This document shows, piece after piece, positions 10,324 through 18,751 of a DNA stretch of 46,153 nt (the first letter of the stretch is position 1; the number at the start of each line of letters is the position of its first letter). Under the pieces are notes generated by a model. It saw only the letters and a program-made list of their open reading frames with translations. It was not told where the DNA came from and made no database searches. Origin of the DNA: Thermoplasmatota archaeon. GTDB taxonomy: Archaea > Thermoplasmatota > Thermoplasmata > Halarchaeoplasmatales > Halarchaeoplasmataceae. The stretch spans positions 1 to 46,153 of the forward strand of contig JAZKSP010000002.1 in NCBI GenBank assembly GCA_036626005.1. Direction: 5' to 3'. A program made the position numbers and the translations under genes.

Positions 10324-12165
10324 TTACTCGAATTCGAAATTTTCCTCGGCCTTTTCTATGACCTTCTCTTTCTTCTCACTCGCTTCTTTCTTCAGTTCCT
10401 CACATCTATCTAAGATATCCTCTATGAACTCTTCGTCGTGGACATCCTTGAGATTGATCTTGACGTTAGCTATACCTCCGACAACTCCTGAATAGGCCAT
10501 CTGAGCTGAAACCAAAGCGTCGGTAATAGCGTCCTCTTTACCGTATTCAACCACTTCTTCAGCTAAATCCAAGACTTCGGCAGAAGTTTCGGCCGTATCC
10601 ATCGGGACTTTACAAGCGTGTTTAAGGCCCTCTTCCATCGCCTGTCTTCTCTTGTCTCTCTCCTCTTCGGTGGACTTCGGCATGTTTTTGGCTTCGATAT
10701 ATTTTTCGTAAGCATTGGTATCCTCGTCTACAACTCTTAATAGCTCGTCCTTTAATTCCTGTGCCTCTTCTGCTACCGGCATCAAAACAGAATCGATATC
10801 AGCGGTACCTCTTCCACCTGTACTGAGATTAGAAACCATCGAGGAAAGAGCAGCACCTATAGATCCAGAAAGGGCAGCAATGCTTCCACCTCCTGGAGTT
10901 GATGAATCCCGTGATACTTCATCGACGAATTCCTCGATATCCATATCGACAAGAGCCTCTTCAGGTTTCATAGGTCCACCGATCAACTTCTCATCCGGAT
11001 CGAATTCCGCCACGTCTCTGAGACCGAGAGACTGTATTGCTGTCTCTATTATATCCTCTCGAGGTATGCCCTTAGACTGATTCATCTTTTCTAGATAATA
11101 TTTTCCTGTTCTTAGCAGAGCTTCGTAAGGAGCAAGTCCTACAATCTCGCTCCCCGTTACTCTAACACCCATCTTTCTTGCCCTATCTTTAGCAAATTCG
11201 TAGACATCATGAAGGCTAGTCTTTTTGAAGTTGGTCAGGTTGATGGAGACTTGAGCCCGTTCGTATTCATCGACATACCAACCTATAGCTTTGCAGTGAT
11301 CGAATTCACCTCTCTTCTTCACAGCTTTTCCATCTAAATTATCTATGTCGTAATCGTATTCCTTCTCTAGGAACTCTTTGAGATCATAATCATGTTCTTC
11401 CTCCGTGTGTTCCCTCACCTCTTTAAAGGAATCTCCGATGAAATCGCATTCTCCACATGGGAATTCATCCCCGCTGTAACGATCTATCTCCCCTTTCCAA
11501 TAATGTTGGTCGGGGCTATTGACTCTTTTAGCCCTTCCTCTTTTTCTCATCTGTAGTGCTATATCCCAAGCGACCTTCTTGTTCTTAGTGTTTAGATTTA
11601 TGTTATAGGCTATTAGGAATTCTCGAGCACCTATCACAGTCGCTCCAGTTCTTTTGACTCTCTGGTTCCACTCCGCCGGTCCGTAATCGGGCTTCCAGTC
11701 TGGATCGATGAGTTTTTCATCTAGTCCTTCATACTCTCCGCTCCTTATGGTGGCGAGATTTTCTCTTTTTGGTTCTGTAGCGGCTTCTTCGTACAAATAA
11801 ACGGGGATCTCCAATTTTTCTCCGACTTTCCTTCCCAGTTCTTCCGCTAACTCCACGCAGTCTTCCATGGTTGTACCTTTCACTGGAACGAAAGGACAGA
11901 CGTCGGTTGCGCCCATCCGGGGATGGCTTCCCTCGTGTTGACTCATATCTATAAGTTCTGAGGCTTTCTTTATGGCGTTGAATGCAGCATCTTTCACACT
12001 TTCTAGAGGACCCACAAAGGTCACTACGGTCCTGTTAGTGTCTTCCCCCATATCTACATCCTTGACTTCTACACCCTCAAAGCTCTCGATCTCGCCAGTT
12101 ATCTCATCTATAACGCTCTCATCCCGCCCTTCTGAGAAATTAGGTACACATTCTACAAGTTCCAT
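10324..12165 (-). CDS. ftcD: Glutamate formimidoyltransferase / formimidoyltetrahydrofolate cyclodeaminase (fused FTCD)
   Basis: N-terminus MELVECVPNFSEGRD and HPRMGATDV are formiminotransferase motifs. C-terminal GGGSIAALSGSIGAALSSMV is the cyclodeaminase motif. Start set at ATG 12165, which has GGTGG 5 nt upstream. The ORF-track start 12270 adds 35 implausible residues. Confidence 0.9.
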   Translation of the reverse strand: MELVECVPNFSEGRDESVIDEITGEIESFEGVEVKDVDMGEDTNRTVVTFVGPLESVKDAAFNAIKKASELIDMSQHEGSHPRMGATDVCPFVPVKGTTMEDCVELAEELGRKVGEKLEIPVYLYEEAATEPKRENLATIRSGEYEGLDEKLIDPDWKPDYGPAEWNQRVKRTGATVIGAREFLIAYNINLNTKNKKVAWDIALQMRKRGRAKRVNSPDQHYWKGEIDRYSGDEFPCGECDFIGDSFKEVREHTEEEHDYDLKEFLEKEYDYDIDNLDGKAVKKRGEFDHCKAIGWYVDEYERAQVSINLTNFKKTSLHDVYEFAKDRARKMGVRVTGSEIVGLAPYEALLRTGKYYLEKMNQSKGIPREDIIETAIQSLGLRDVAEFDPDEKLIGGPMKPEEALVDMDIEEFVDEVSRDSSTPGGGSIAALSGSIGAALSSMVSNLSTGGRGTADIDSVLMPVAEEAQELKDELLRVVDEDTNAYEKYIEAKNMPKSTEEERDKRRQAMEEGLKHACKVPMDTAETSAEVLDLAEEVVEYGKEDAITDALVSAQMAYSGVVGGIANVKINLKDVHDEEFIEDILDRCEELKKEASEKKEKVIEKAEENFEFE

Positions 12166-12170
12166 ATTAT

Positions 12171-12175
12171 CCACC
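12171..12175 (-). promoter_or_regulatory. Shine-Dalgarno-like GGTGG for ftcD
   Basis: The minus strand reads GGTGG-ATAAT-ATG. Confidence 0.45.
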
Positions 12176-12548
12176 GATATTAAAATAGAGAAATATATGG
12201 AAGATAAAAAGATTTTGGAGGATGTTCGATAGATATTTTCTTTTACCTCCAAACGATTTCCTTCCCTCATATCATAAAATTATCCTAAAAGTTATGATCA
12301 TTTTAAAGTTGATAAAAGAAATAAAAACGCTAGTACTATACTCTTCGATAAGAAAACACAAATAACATTAATCCCTAAAATTCATATAAACAATCCCTAC
12401 AAAGTTATTAATGATTCTCTTTCATAAACCGCGTATCGGAAAGTTAAAATGAGAAAAAACAATAAACCTTATTCCTATAGTATGAATTAAGAGCAAAGCG
12501 AGGATATATATGAAACAGAAAATTAACCAGAAAATCACCAATATCAGG

Positions 12549-12553
12549 GGTGG
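12549..12553 (+). promoter_or_regulatory. Shine-Dalgarno-like GGTGG for the giant repeat gene
   Basis: GGTGG-AAGAA-GTG(12559). The spacing is the same as at ftcD. This argues for the GTG 12559 start rather than 12550 or ATG 12601. Confidence 0.4.
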
Positions 12554-12558
12554 AAGAA

Positions 12559-15500
12559 GTGTCCGGTAAATACCTCAAAGCTAGACAACTAGCAAAGGAG
12601 ATGGAGGAAAAAGCGAAGAAAACCGCCGAAAAGAAAAAGGAAGCTAAAAATAAAAAAGAGCAAGCTGAAGAATCACTTGAAATTATCAAATCCCTGAACA
12701 TAGATATAGAGTTGGAGGATCTACAGGAGAAATTCGAAAAGGGAGAAGAAGATTTAGATGATAAGGATTTTGAAAAGTCTTATGAAGTTTTTAGAAAGAT
12801 TATAGAAGAGATAAAAAGTAGAAGTTCAACGAGACATGATGAGATACTTAACCCGATCGAGGAGCTGGTCCAACAGGCCGGTGATGATTTAGAGTTTGAA
12901 TCGCTCCAAGAAAAGATAGATGAAAGCAGGGGTCTCTTCCAAGATAGAGAACTGGAAGAAGCTTTTCATAAAGCTTTTGAGCTCAAGGATGAATCAGACA
13001 AGGTGATAAATGATAGATTGAATGAAGAATTAGACAACTTAAAGTCGATTTTAGAATTGATAGATGAAGCTGATGAGGTAAAAGAAAAGATTAGTAAGTT
13101 TATTTCTAAAGCAGAATATTCACTCGAAGCTGACGATTATAGTAGAACCTTATCGCTTATAAAAAAGACAAAAGAAACATTTGGAGAGGAAGTAAAATAT
13201 AGTTTGAACAAGACGATAGAGAGGTTAAGGAAAAGAAAAGAAGGATTAGAAGAACAAGAAATCAACGTCCAAAATTCGGAGGAATTACTAGGGAGCGCTA
13301 GATCAAAACTAGAGGAAGGTAAATTCATAAAAGCATTCTCCTTAATCGAAAAAAGTAAAGATAAAATAAACCCGCTATTTGGAGAGGAAATACTGAGAGA
13401 CAAATTCAATAAATTGAATTATAAAATCAATGAAGCAGAAGATATTGGAGCCGAGACAGAGTCAATTAAAAAAATTAGAGAAGAAGCGAAAGAACTACAA
13501 GAAGAGAACAAAATAGAAAAAGCAGAAAGTCGATTGGAAGACGCTTTTGAAGAGATCGAAGAAGCAAAATTTGATAAGGTACTGAACACCATCGCAGAAT
13601 CTAGGGAGGATTTTATAAAAGCTAAAGAGATGGGGGCAAATATAGAAAAACCTATGCAATTATTGAAAAAGGCTAGAAATTCCTTAAGAGAGGATGATCA
13701 TAAAGAAGCCCTTGATTGGGCTAGAAAAGGGAGAGAAGAAGTCCAGAGTCTCACGAAAAAATTGGAAGAAGCTAAAAAAGATGTAGTAGAAAAGCGGGAA
13801 GTAGTGAACGGATTAAAAGAGGTCTTAGATGAAGACCTTTCAGATCTTGAAAATCTAATCGATAAGGCAGAGGAGGATCTAGAAGATAAAAAAACTAATG
13901 AGGCTATATCCAAACTAAAAAAAGTAAATGATAAGTTAGACGGCGAGGTTCGTGACAAAATTTTGAACTCTGTTGATGAATTTGACAGACTGAACAAGGT
14001 TGCTGAAGAATTCGGTATCGATATAAATAAATTTTCTAAACAAAAAGAAGAATCTAAGGCAAAGATCGATTCTTCCGAATATATTGAGGGATGTAAAATT
14101 GTCCAAGAAGGAAAAAACAAAGTCAAACAAAAGATAGAAGATGAATTGGATGAAAAGATACCAGAGTTAGAAAAAAGTTTGAGTGAATTCAAAGGACTCG
14201 ATAACGAGGTTAAAGAAGATATCGATGAGCTAATAGAAGAGAGTGAGGAAAAAATAAACGAGGGTTCCTATATATCTGGAGTAGAGAAGTTCAAAGAAGC
14301 AGAGGATATGTTTGAAGTGGCTAAAATAGAGACTGTTGAGGATCTCATAGAAAAAACTTCACAAGTTTTATCCGAGATTGAGGAAATGGATAAAGATTCA
14401 ATAGAACTAGGATCCTCTGAAGAAAATATTTTACTGGCAGGGATCGAGGAAGCTAAAAGTTCTATGAAAGAAGAGATGTATTCTGACGCTTTAGATACTT
14501 TAAATAACTATCTCTTAGAGTTTTCTGAGAAAATTCATACGAAATCCAAAAATGAGACTCAAAAAGCAGAAAAAACAGGAGTAGAAGTGGAACAACTGAA
14601 AAAAGAGCTAAAAAAATCTGCAGATAAAAGAGAAGAAGGATCCTACACTGAATCTATCCAGATATCAATAAAAGTGATGAAGAAAGCTGAAGAAAAACGG
14701 AAATTGAGAAAAGAAGCCTATGAAAGAATATACGATGGAAGTTCTAAGATATCTGAATTGAAAGAGAAAAACAAGCTTGAGGAAGGGGGGTCGATAAAAG
14801 AACTCTTAGAAAAAGCTAAAAAAGAATTTAAACAGAATAATTATTCAAGAGCCACCGAAAAGGCAGAGGAAGCCATAGATTCACTAGAAGATCGGGATCA
14901 GTTCTTCGATAGAAAAAAGGAGTTAGAGGATAAATTTGTAAAAGCAAAAAACATGGACATAGTGGATGGAGGTATAAAAAACTTTGATCCTGAAATCGAT
15001 AAGATAAATGAGATGAGCGAAGATATAGGGATGGCAGGTGCACTAGATAAATTAGAAGAGAAACATGAGGAATTGGAAGAACTTTTAGTGGAAATTTTAA
15101 ACGATAAGATAGAGGAAGTTGAAGAATTTATAAAAAATTCTGAGATGATGGGTTTTGAAGTAGAGGATTACAAAGACCAACTTGATAAAATAAGATTCTT
15201 GATGGATAGGGAAAAATCATTAGATGCACTGATATTTCTTGAAAAAATCGAAAAGGAAATGAAGGATATAGGGGGAAAGGAAGAGATCGCAAAAGAAAAA
15301 ATCGAAGAAGTGATGGTATTATTAAGAAAGGCAGAAGTTATGGGGGTGAACAGGAGCGGTTTAGAAAAACTCTTACACGAGGCTCAGAAAAAAATTGAAG
15401 AAGACAAATATGAAAAAAGTCTCCAAAAAGCTAGATCTGCAGAGAACAAGATAAGAAAAGCTCAAAAGAAAAGAGTTGAGAGTGTTTTAGAAAATTTTAA

Positions 15501-16917
15501 CCAGAAGATAGAAAAATTGAACGATAGAGATGTAGATACTACTCTCGCCGAAGATAAAATACAGAAGGCAAAAAAGGCTAAAGAAAAAGGGGACTATACA
15601 GAGGGAATAATATATGCTATGCAGAGCGAGGGGGAACTTGAGAAAATAAATAATCAGAAAATAATTGCGGGGAATATAATCTCTAGAACAAAAAAATTCC
15701 TAGAAGAGGTCGAAGATAAAGGGATATTTATTGATGAAGCTAAAGAGGATTTCCAAGAATGTGAGCAAGCTTATGAAAGTGGTTTTTATCCGAAAGCAGT
15801 TAAAAATTCCTTGATAACGGCAGAGAATTTAAGCAAAACCTTCCAAACCTATAATCGTCTAGATTCATTTTTAAAAAGTATAGATTTTTTAATCGATGAA
15901 TTCAAAAAAGCGAACAAAGATATACCTAAATTTTTAGAAGAAAAGGAAAAGATAGAAAAGAATTACCACGATGGAAAATACCAGCAAGCCGCAGAGCATA
16001 TGGAAAATTTAGAAGGAATACTTAGAGATCATGAAGATTATTTGAAAGATATTATTTCCCATGTTGAGAATGAAGTTGAGGAAGAGGGAATAAAAAATGA
16101 GCCAGAGGCGATGAAAAAACTAGAAAAAGCAAAATTTTTAATAGACTTGAAAAACCCAGTTAATAGTCTAAAAAATATCGAAGAAGCTAAAGAATTATCA
16201 GGATTAAAAAAGCTGAAGAGATATGATTCTCTGATGGAGCAAGTACACGAATCACTAGAAAATGCTAAAAAATTTGGAGCCTCTGTTGAAAGAGTAGAAA
16301 AAAGAATTAGAGAAGCAAAAGAGAAACAAAATACTGGAGATGTCGATAGAGCATATGAAAAGGTCGAACAGGCTAACGATATGGTTGAAGAAATTCTAGA
16401 GAGTCATAGTCCAAAACTTCGAGTGGAAGTTCCAGATACACTTACTATAAACGAATGGAACCCTGTTACTATTCAAATGATAAACCACGGAGAAGCCTTG
16501 GGGGAGAACCTACAGATAGAGCTTAGAGGAGGTGAATTAAGAAATTTCACCCCGGGAGAAAAATTAAAGGCTGGAGAAGAAAGAAATATCAACGTCAAGA
16601 TCAAGCCTGAAAAAGAAAATGCACTTCTAATCGCAAGAGTTCTTCGGATCTTCGATGATGAAGTATTTAAGGATGAACAAAAGTTGCAAGTAAGCATGGG
16701 ATCAAAGCTAAAGAAATTAGATGAAGAAGGAATCTGTGATCATTGTGGAGATAAAATCAAAAAGGGAGAAAAGATAATCCAATGTAGCTGCGGGAAAATA
16801 TATGAAATCTCCTGCGGAGAAGAGATAGGAGAGTGTAAAAATTGCGGAACTCGACTCAAAACCGAAGAGGAAAAAAGAAAAGAGAAAGAGAAAAAACGAG
16901 TTTCTCTTGATATATAG
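12559..16917 (+). CDS. Giant Glu/Lys-rich helical-repeat protein with C-terminal beta-sandwich-like segment and multi-Cys zinc ribbon (function unknown)
   Basis: 4.36-kb uninterrupted ORF with about 20 repeats of ~62 aa. I found no TM segment, signal peptide or Walker A motif. C-terminus: CDHC..CSC..SC..CKNC. Start is ambiguous (12550, 12559 or 12601). Confidence 0.85.
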   Translation: MSGKYLKARQLAKEMEEKAKKTAEKKKEAKNKKEQAEESLEIIKSLNIDIELEDLQEKFEKGEEDLDDKDFEKSYEVFRKIIEEIKSRSSTRHDEILNPIEELVQQAGDDLEFESLQEKIDESRGLFQDRELEEAFHKAFELKDESDKVINDRLNEELDNLKSILELIDEADEVKEKISKFISKAEYSLEADDYSRTLSLIKKTKETFGEEVKYSLNKTIERLRKRKEGLEEQEINVQNSEELLGSARSKLEEGKFIKAFSLIEKSKDKINPLFGEEILRDKFNKLNYKINEAEDIGAETESIKKIREEAKELQEENKIEKAESRLEDAFEEIEEAKFDKVLNTIAESREDFIKAKEMGANIEKPMQLLKKARNSLREDDHKEALDWARKGREEVQSLTKKLEEAKKDVVEKREVVNGLKEVLDEDLSDLENLIDKAEEDLEDKKTNEAISKLKKVNDKLDGEVRDKILNSVDEFDRLNKVAEEFGIDINKFSKQKEESKAKIDSSEYIEGCKIVQEGKNKVKQKIEDELDEKIPELEKSLSEFKGLDNEVKEDIDELIEESEEKINEGSYISGVEKFKEAEDMFEVAKIETVEDLIEKTSQVLSEIEEMDKDSIELGSSEENILLAGIEEAKSSMKEEMYSDALDTLNNYLLEFSEKIHTKSKNETQKAEKTGVEVEQLKKELKKSADKREEGSYTESIQISIKVMKKAEEKRKLRKEAYERIYDGSSKISELKEKNKLEEGGSIKELLEKAKKEFKQNNYSRATEKAEEAIDSLEDRDQFFDRKKELEDKFVKAKNMDIVDGGIKNFDPEIDKINEMSEDIGMAGALDKLEEKHEELEELLVEILNDKIEEVEEFIKNSEMMGFEVEDYKDQLDKIRFLMDREKSLDALIFLEKIEKEMKDIGGKEEIAKEKIEEVMVLLRKAEVMGVNRSGLEKLLHEAQKKIEEDKYEKSLQKARSAENKIRKAQKKRVESVLENFNQKIEKLNDRDVDTTLAEDKIQKAKKAKEKGDYTEGIIYAMQSEGELEKINNQKIIAGNIISRTKKFLEEVEDKGIFIDEAKEDFQECEQAYESGFYPKAVKNSLITAENLSKTFQTYNRLDSFLKSIDFLIDEFKKANKDIPKFLEEKEKIEKNYHDGKYQQAAEHMENLEGILRDHEDYLKDIISHVENEVEEEGIKNEPEAMKKLEKAKFLIDLKNPVNSLKNIEEAKELSGLKKLKRYDSLMEQVHESLENAKKFGASVERVEKRIREAKEKQNTGDVDRAYEKVEQANDMVEEILESHSPKLRVEVPDTLTINEWNPVTIQMINHGEALGENLQIELRGGELRNFTPGEKLKAGEERNINVKIKPEKENALLIARVLRIFDDEVFKDEQKLQVSMGSKLKKLDEEGICDHCGDKIKKGEKIIQCSCGKIYEISCGEEIGECKNCGTRLKTEEEKRKEKEKKRVSLDI

Positions 16918-16923
16918 GGAGGG
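16917..16923 (+). promoter_or_regulatory. Shine-Dalgarno GGGAGGG for queH, overlapping the stop codon of the giant gene
   Basis: TAG(16915-17)GGAGGG, then 8 nt, then TTG 16932. Confidence 0.45.
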
Positions 16924-16931
16924 AAAATCCG

Positions 16932-17468
16932 TTGAAGTTATTATTGCATACATGTTGCGCACCCTGTCTGACTTATTCAGCCAAGGTGTTTAAAGAGAGA
17001 TATAAGAAGGTCACAGCTCTCTGGTTCAATCCGAATATACATCCTTTTAAAGAATATGAAAGACGCTATAAGGCCCTAGAAAATTTCGAAAATAAAAATG
17101 GCATGGGAATCATCTACTTGGATGATTACAGGTTAGAATCGTTTATAGAAGGAGCGATGGATACTGAACCTCGGTGCGAATTCTGTTATGAACTAAGATT
17201 GGGTAAAACAGCAGAAGTTGCAGCAGAACGAGGTTTCGATCATTTTTCTACAACATTGACCCTCTCTCCTTATCAGGACCATGAATTGATAAAGAGAGTG
17301 GGAGAAAAAATGGGTGAAAAAAATGGAGTCAAATTCATTTATGAAGATATGAGAGATGGGTTCTCAGAACATCACAAATTGGCCAATGAGATGGATCTTT
17401 ACAAACAGGGATATTGTGGATGCATATTTAGTGAAAAAGAGAGATATCAAAAAGAGTTATCTGAGTAA
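16932..17468 (+). CDS. queH: Epoxyqueuosine reductase QueH (DUF208 family)
   Basis: LLLHTCCAPC, NPNIHP..EY, CEFCYELRL, TTLTLSPYQ and YKQGYCGCIFSE all match conserved QueH blocks. TTG start with SD. Confidence 0.88.
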   Translation: MKLLLHTCCAPCLTYSAKVFKERYKKVTALWFNPNIHPFKEYERRYKALENFENKNGMGIIYLDDYRLESFIEGAMDTEPRCEFCYELRLGKTAEVAAERGFDHFSTTLTLSPYQDHELIKRVGEKMGEKNGVKFIYEDMRDGFSEHHKLANEMDLYKQGYCGCIFSEKERYQKELSE

Positions 17469-17481
17469 ATCCAATATCCTT

Positions 17482-18270
17482 TTATTCTTTTCTGTAATAT
17501 TCGCCATTCCCACCGAGGTTTTCGATTTTGTCTACAGCATCCTTAGCCTGGTCTTCGAAGACTTCCTCAGCCCTTTTATAATCCTCAGATTGGACCTCAA
17601 CTTTGTATTTAGGAGCAGCGAGATAGCTAATCTCAATTTGAGAATCCTCAGTATCCTCGAAGGCAGATAAGGATTCTTTTATATCTTCGACTCCGTCGGG
17701 ATTCGTAGAGGAAATTTCTACAAATCCGGTGATGCTAACATAAGGTGGAGATATATTTTCCTCGGCTACATCTACGAAATGGTCTATCCATTCTCCTTTA
17801 AAGCCCCTTTCCTCCAAAATATTTGAATTTAGAGAAACTTCTTCAAAGGCCTTATACAAACTTCCAAATTTATCACTCAATTCAAAACCGAATTCCTCAT
17901 AGCATTCTTCAAGATCTTTTCCATATCTTTCAGAAACGATTTTTAGGAGTTTATCCGCTTTTTTCTGATTTTTCCAAGCTTGAAGTTTTTCTCTTTTCTG
18001 ATGATCATTGACTTGTTTGAGCGAAAGATCGATATGGCCCTTTCCTTCATCAACTCTTAGGACCTTGCAAACTCTTTTTTCGCCTTCCTGGATATGATCC
18101 TCTATCCTCTTTACCCATCCCGAGGAAATTTCAGAGATATGTACGAAGCCTTCCTTACCAGCGTATTCTTCAGGTTCAAGAAACGCACCGAAATCCTTGA
18201 CAGTCTTGACATTACATATAACGAGTTCTCCTTCACTTGGCCACTCATATTGTTCGCTTTCCGCCATCAT
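17482..18270 (-). CDS. eif2a: Translation initiation factor 2 subunit alpha (aIF2-alpha)
   Basis: S1 domain GELVICNVKTVKDFGAFLEPEEYAGKEGFVHISEISSGWV, 262 aa. It overlaps the rps27e stop by 4 nt. Confidence 0.92.
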   Translation of the reverse strand: MMAESEQYEWPSEGELVICNVKTVKDFGAFLEPEEYAGKEGFVHISEISSGWVKRIEDHIQEGEKRVCKVLRVDEGKGHIDLSLKQVNDHQKREKLQAWKNQKKADKLLKIVSERYGKDLEECYEEFGFELSDKFGSLYKAFEEVSLNSNILEERGFKGEWIDHFVDVAEENISPPYVSITGFVEISSTNPDGVEDIKESLSAFEDTEDSQIEISYLAAPKYKVEVQSEDYKRAEEVFEDQAKDAVDKIENLGGNGEYYRKE

Positions 18271-18476
18271 TCACCCTCGTCAGAGGTGCTTAATTCTTCA
18301 ACTATCTCTCCATTGAATTCAGAGTAGCCTCCGGTTGGTTTCACTAGAGGGGCTCCACAGACCATACACTCAACTTCAGAAGAGGTATGTGTGAAAGTCA
18401 CTTGTTCATTTTCACAATCCGAACATTTTATCTTTACAAATTTCTTTTCTTCCGTCATTATATCAGCTCTGTTCAC
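18267..18476 (-). CDS. rps27e: 30S ribosomal protein S27e
   Basis: Zinc ribbon VKIKCSDCENEQVTF...VECMVCGAPLVKPTGG. ATGA overlap with rpl44e. Confidence 0.9.
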   Translation of the reverse strand: MNRADIMTEEKKFVKIKCSDCENEQVTFTHTSSEVECMVCGAPLVKPTGGYSEFNGEIVEELSTSDEGE

Positions 18477-18751
18477 TCTTCAAATTCAAATCTTCCAGCT
18501 CTCTGACATTTTTTCTGCCAGGTTTTACCGCACTCTGTACAGGTATATTTCAAATAAACTCGCTTCACCGGCTTTCCGGCTCCAGACGGTTTCGACCATG
18601 GGAATCCGCCGTACCCGGACGTCACCCTTCTAAATCTTCGCTGACCCTTCCTGAGTTCACTACCTGGTCTATTCTTACCTCTAGTTACCTCCATCTCTGT
18701 ATGCGTGTCACAGGACGGACAGTAATCCTTGATTTTACGGGGTTTCTTCAT
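18473..18751 (-). CDS. rpl44e: 50S ribosomal protein L44e
   Basis: MKKPRKIKDYCPSCDTHTEMEV...KYTCTECGK, 92 aa, basic. Confidence 0.9.
   Translation of the reverse strand: MKKPRKIKDYCPSCDTHTEMEVTRGKNRPGSELRKGQRRFRRVTSGYGGFPWSKPSGAGKPVKRVYLKYTCTECGKTWQKKCQRAGRFEFEE

Noticed and set aside
12166-12270. 35-codon N-terminal extension of the ftcD ORF (MREGNRLEVKENIY...).
   Set aside because: The conserved formiminotransferase N-terminus starts at Met36 (MELVECVPNFSEGRD), which has its own GGTGG SD. The extension looks like 5' UTR/promoter sequence.
12510-12569. ATG-initiated mini-ORF just upstream of the giant gene.
   Set aside because: It is out of frame with the long ORF and terminates after 19 codons. 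There is no evidence it is more than chance.
13698-14192. 164-aa Ser/Phe/Leu-rich ORF (and similar ones at 13137..13409, 16473..16962) antisense to the giant repeat gene.
   Set aside because: This composition is what the reverse complement of GAA/AAA/GAG-rich coding sequence produces (TTC/TTT/CTC). These are shadow ORFs.
17482-18751. rpl44e-rps27e-aIF2alpha operon is not followed by nop10, which commonly completes this conserved archaeal cluster.
   Set aside because: Absence from one window is not evidence of absence from the genome. Operon composition varies between lineages.
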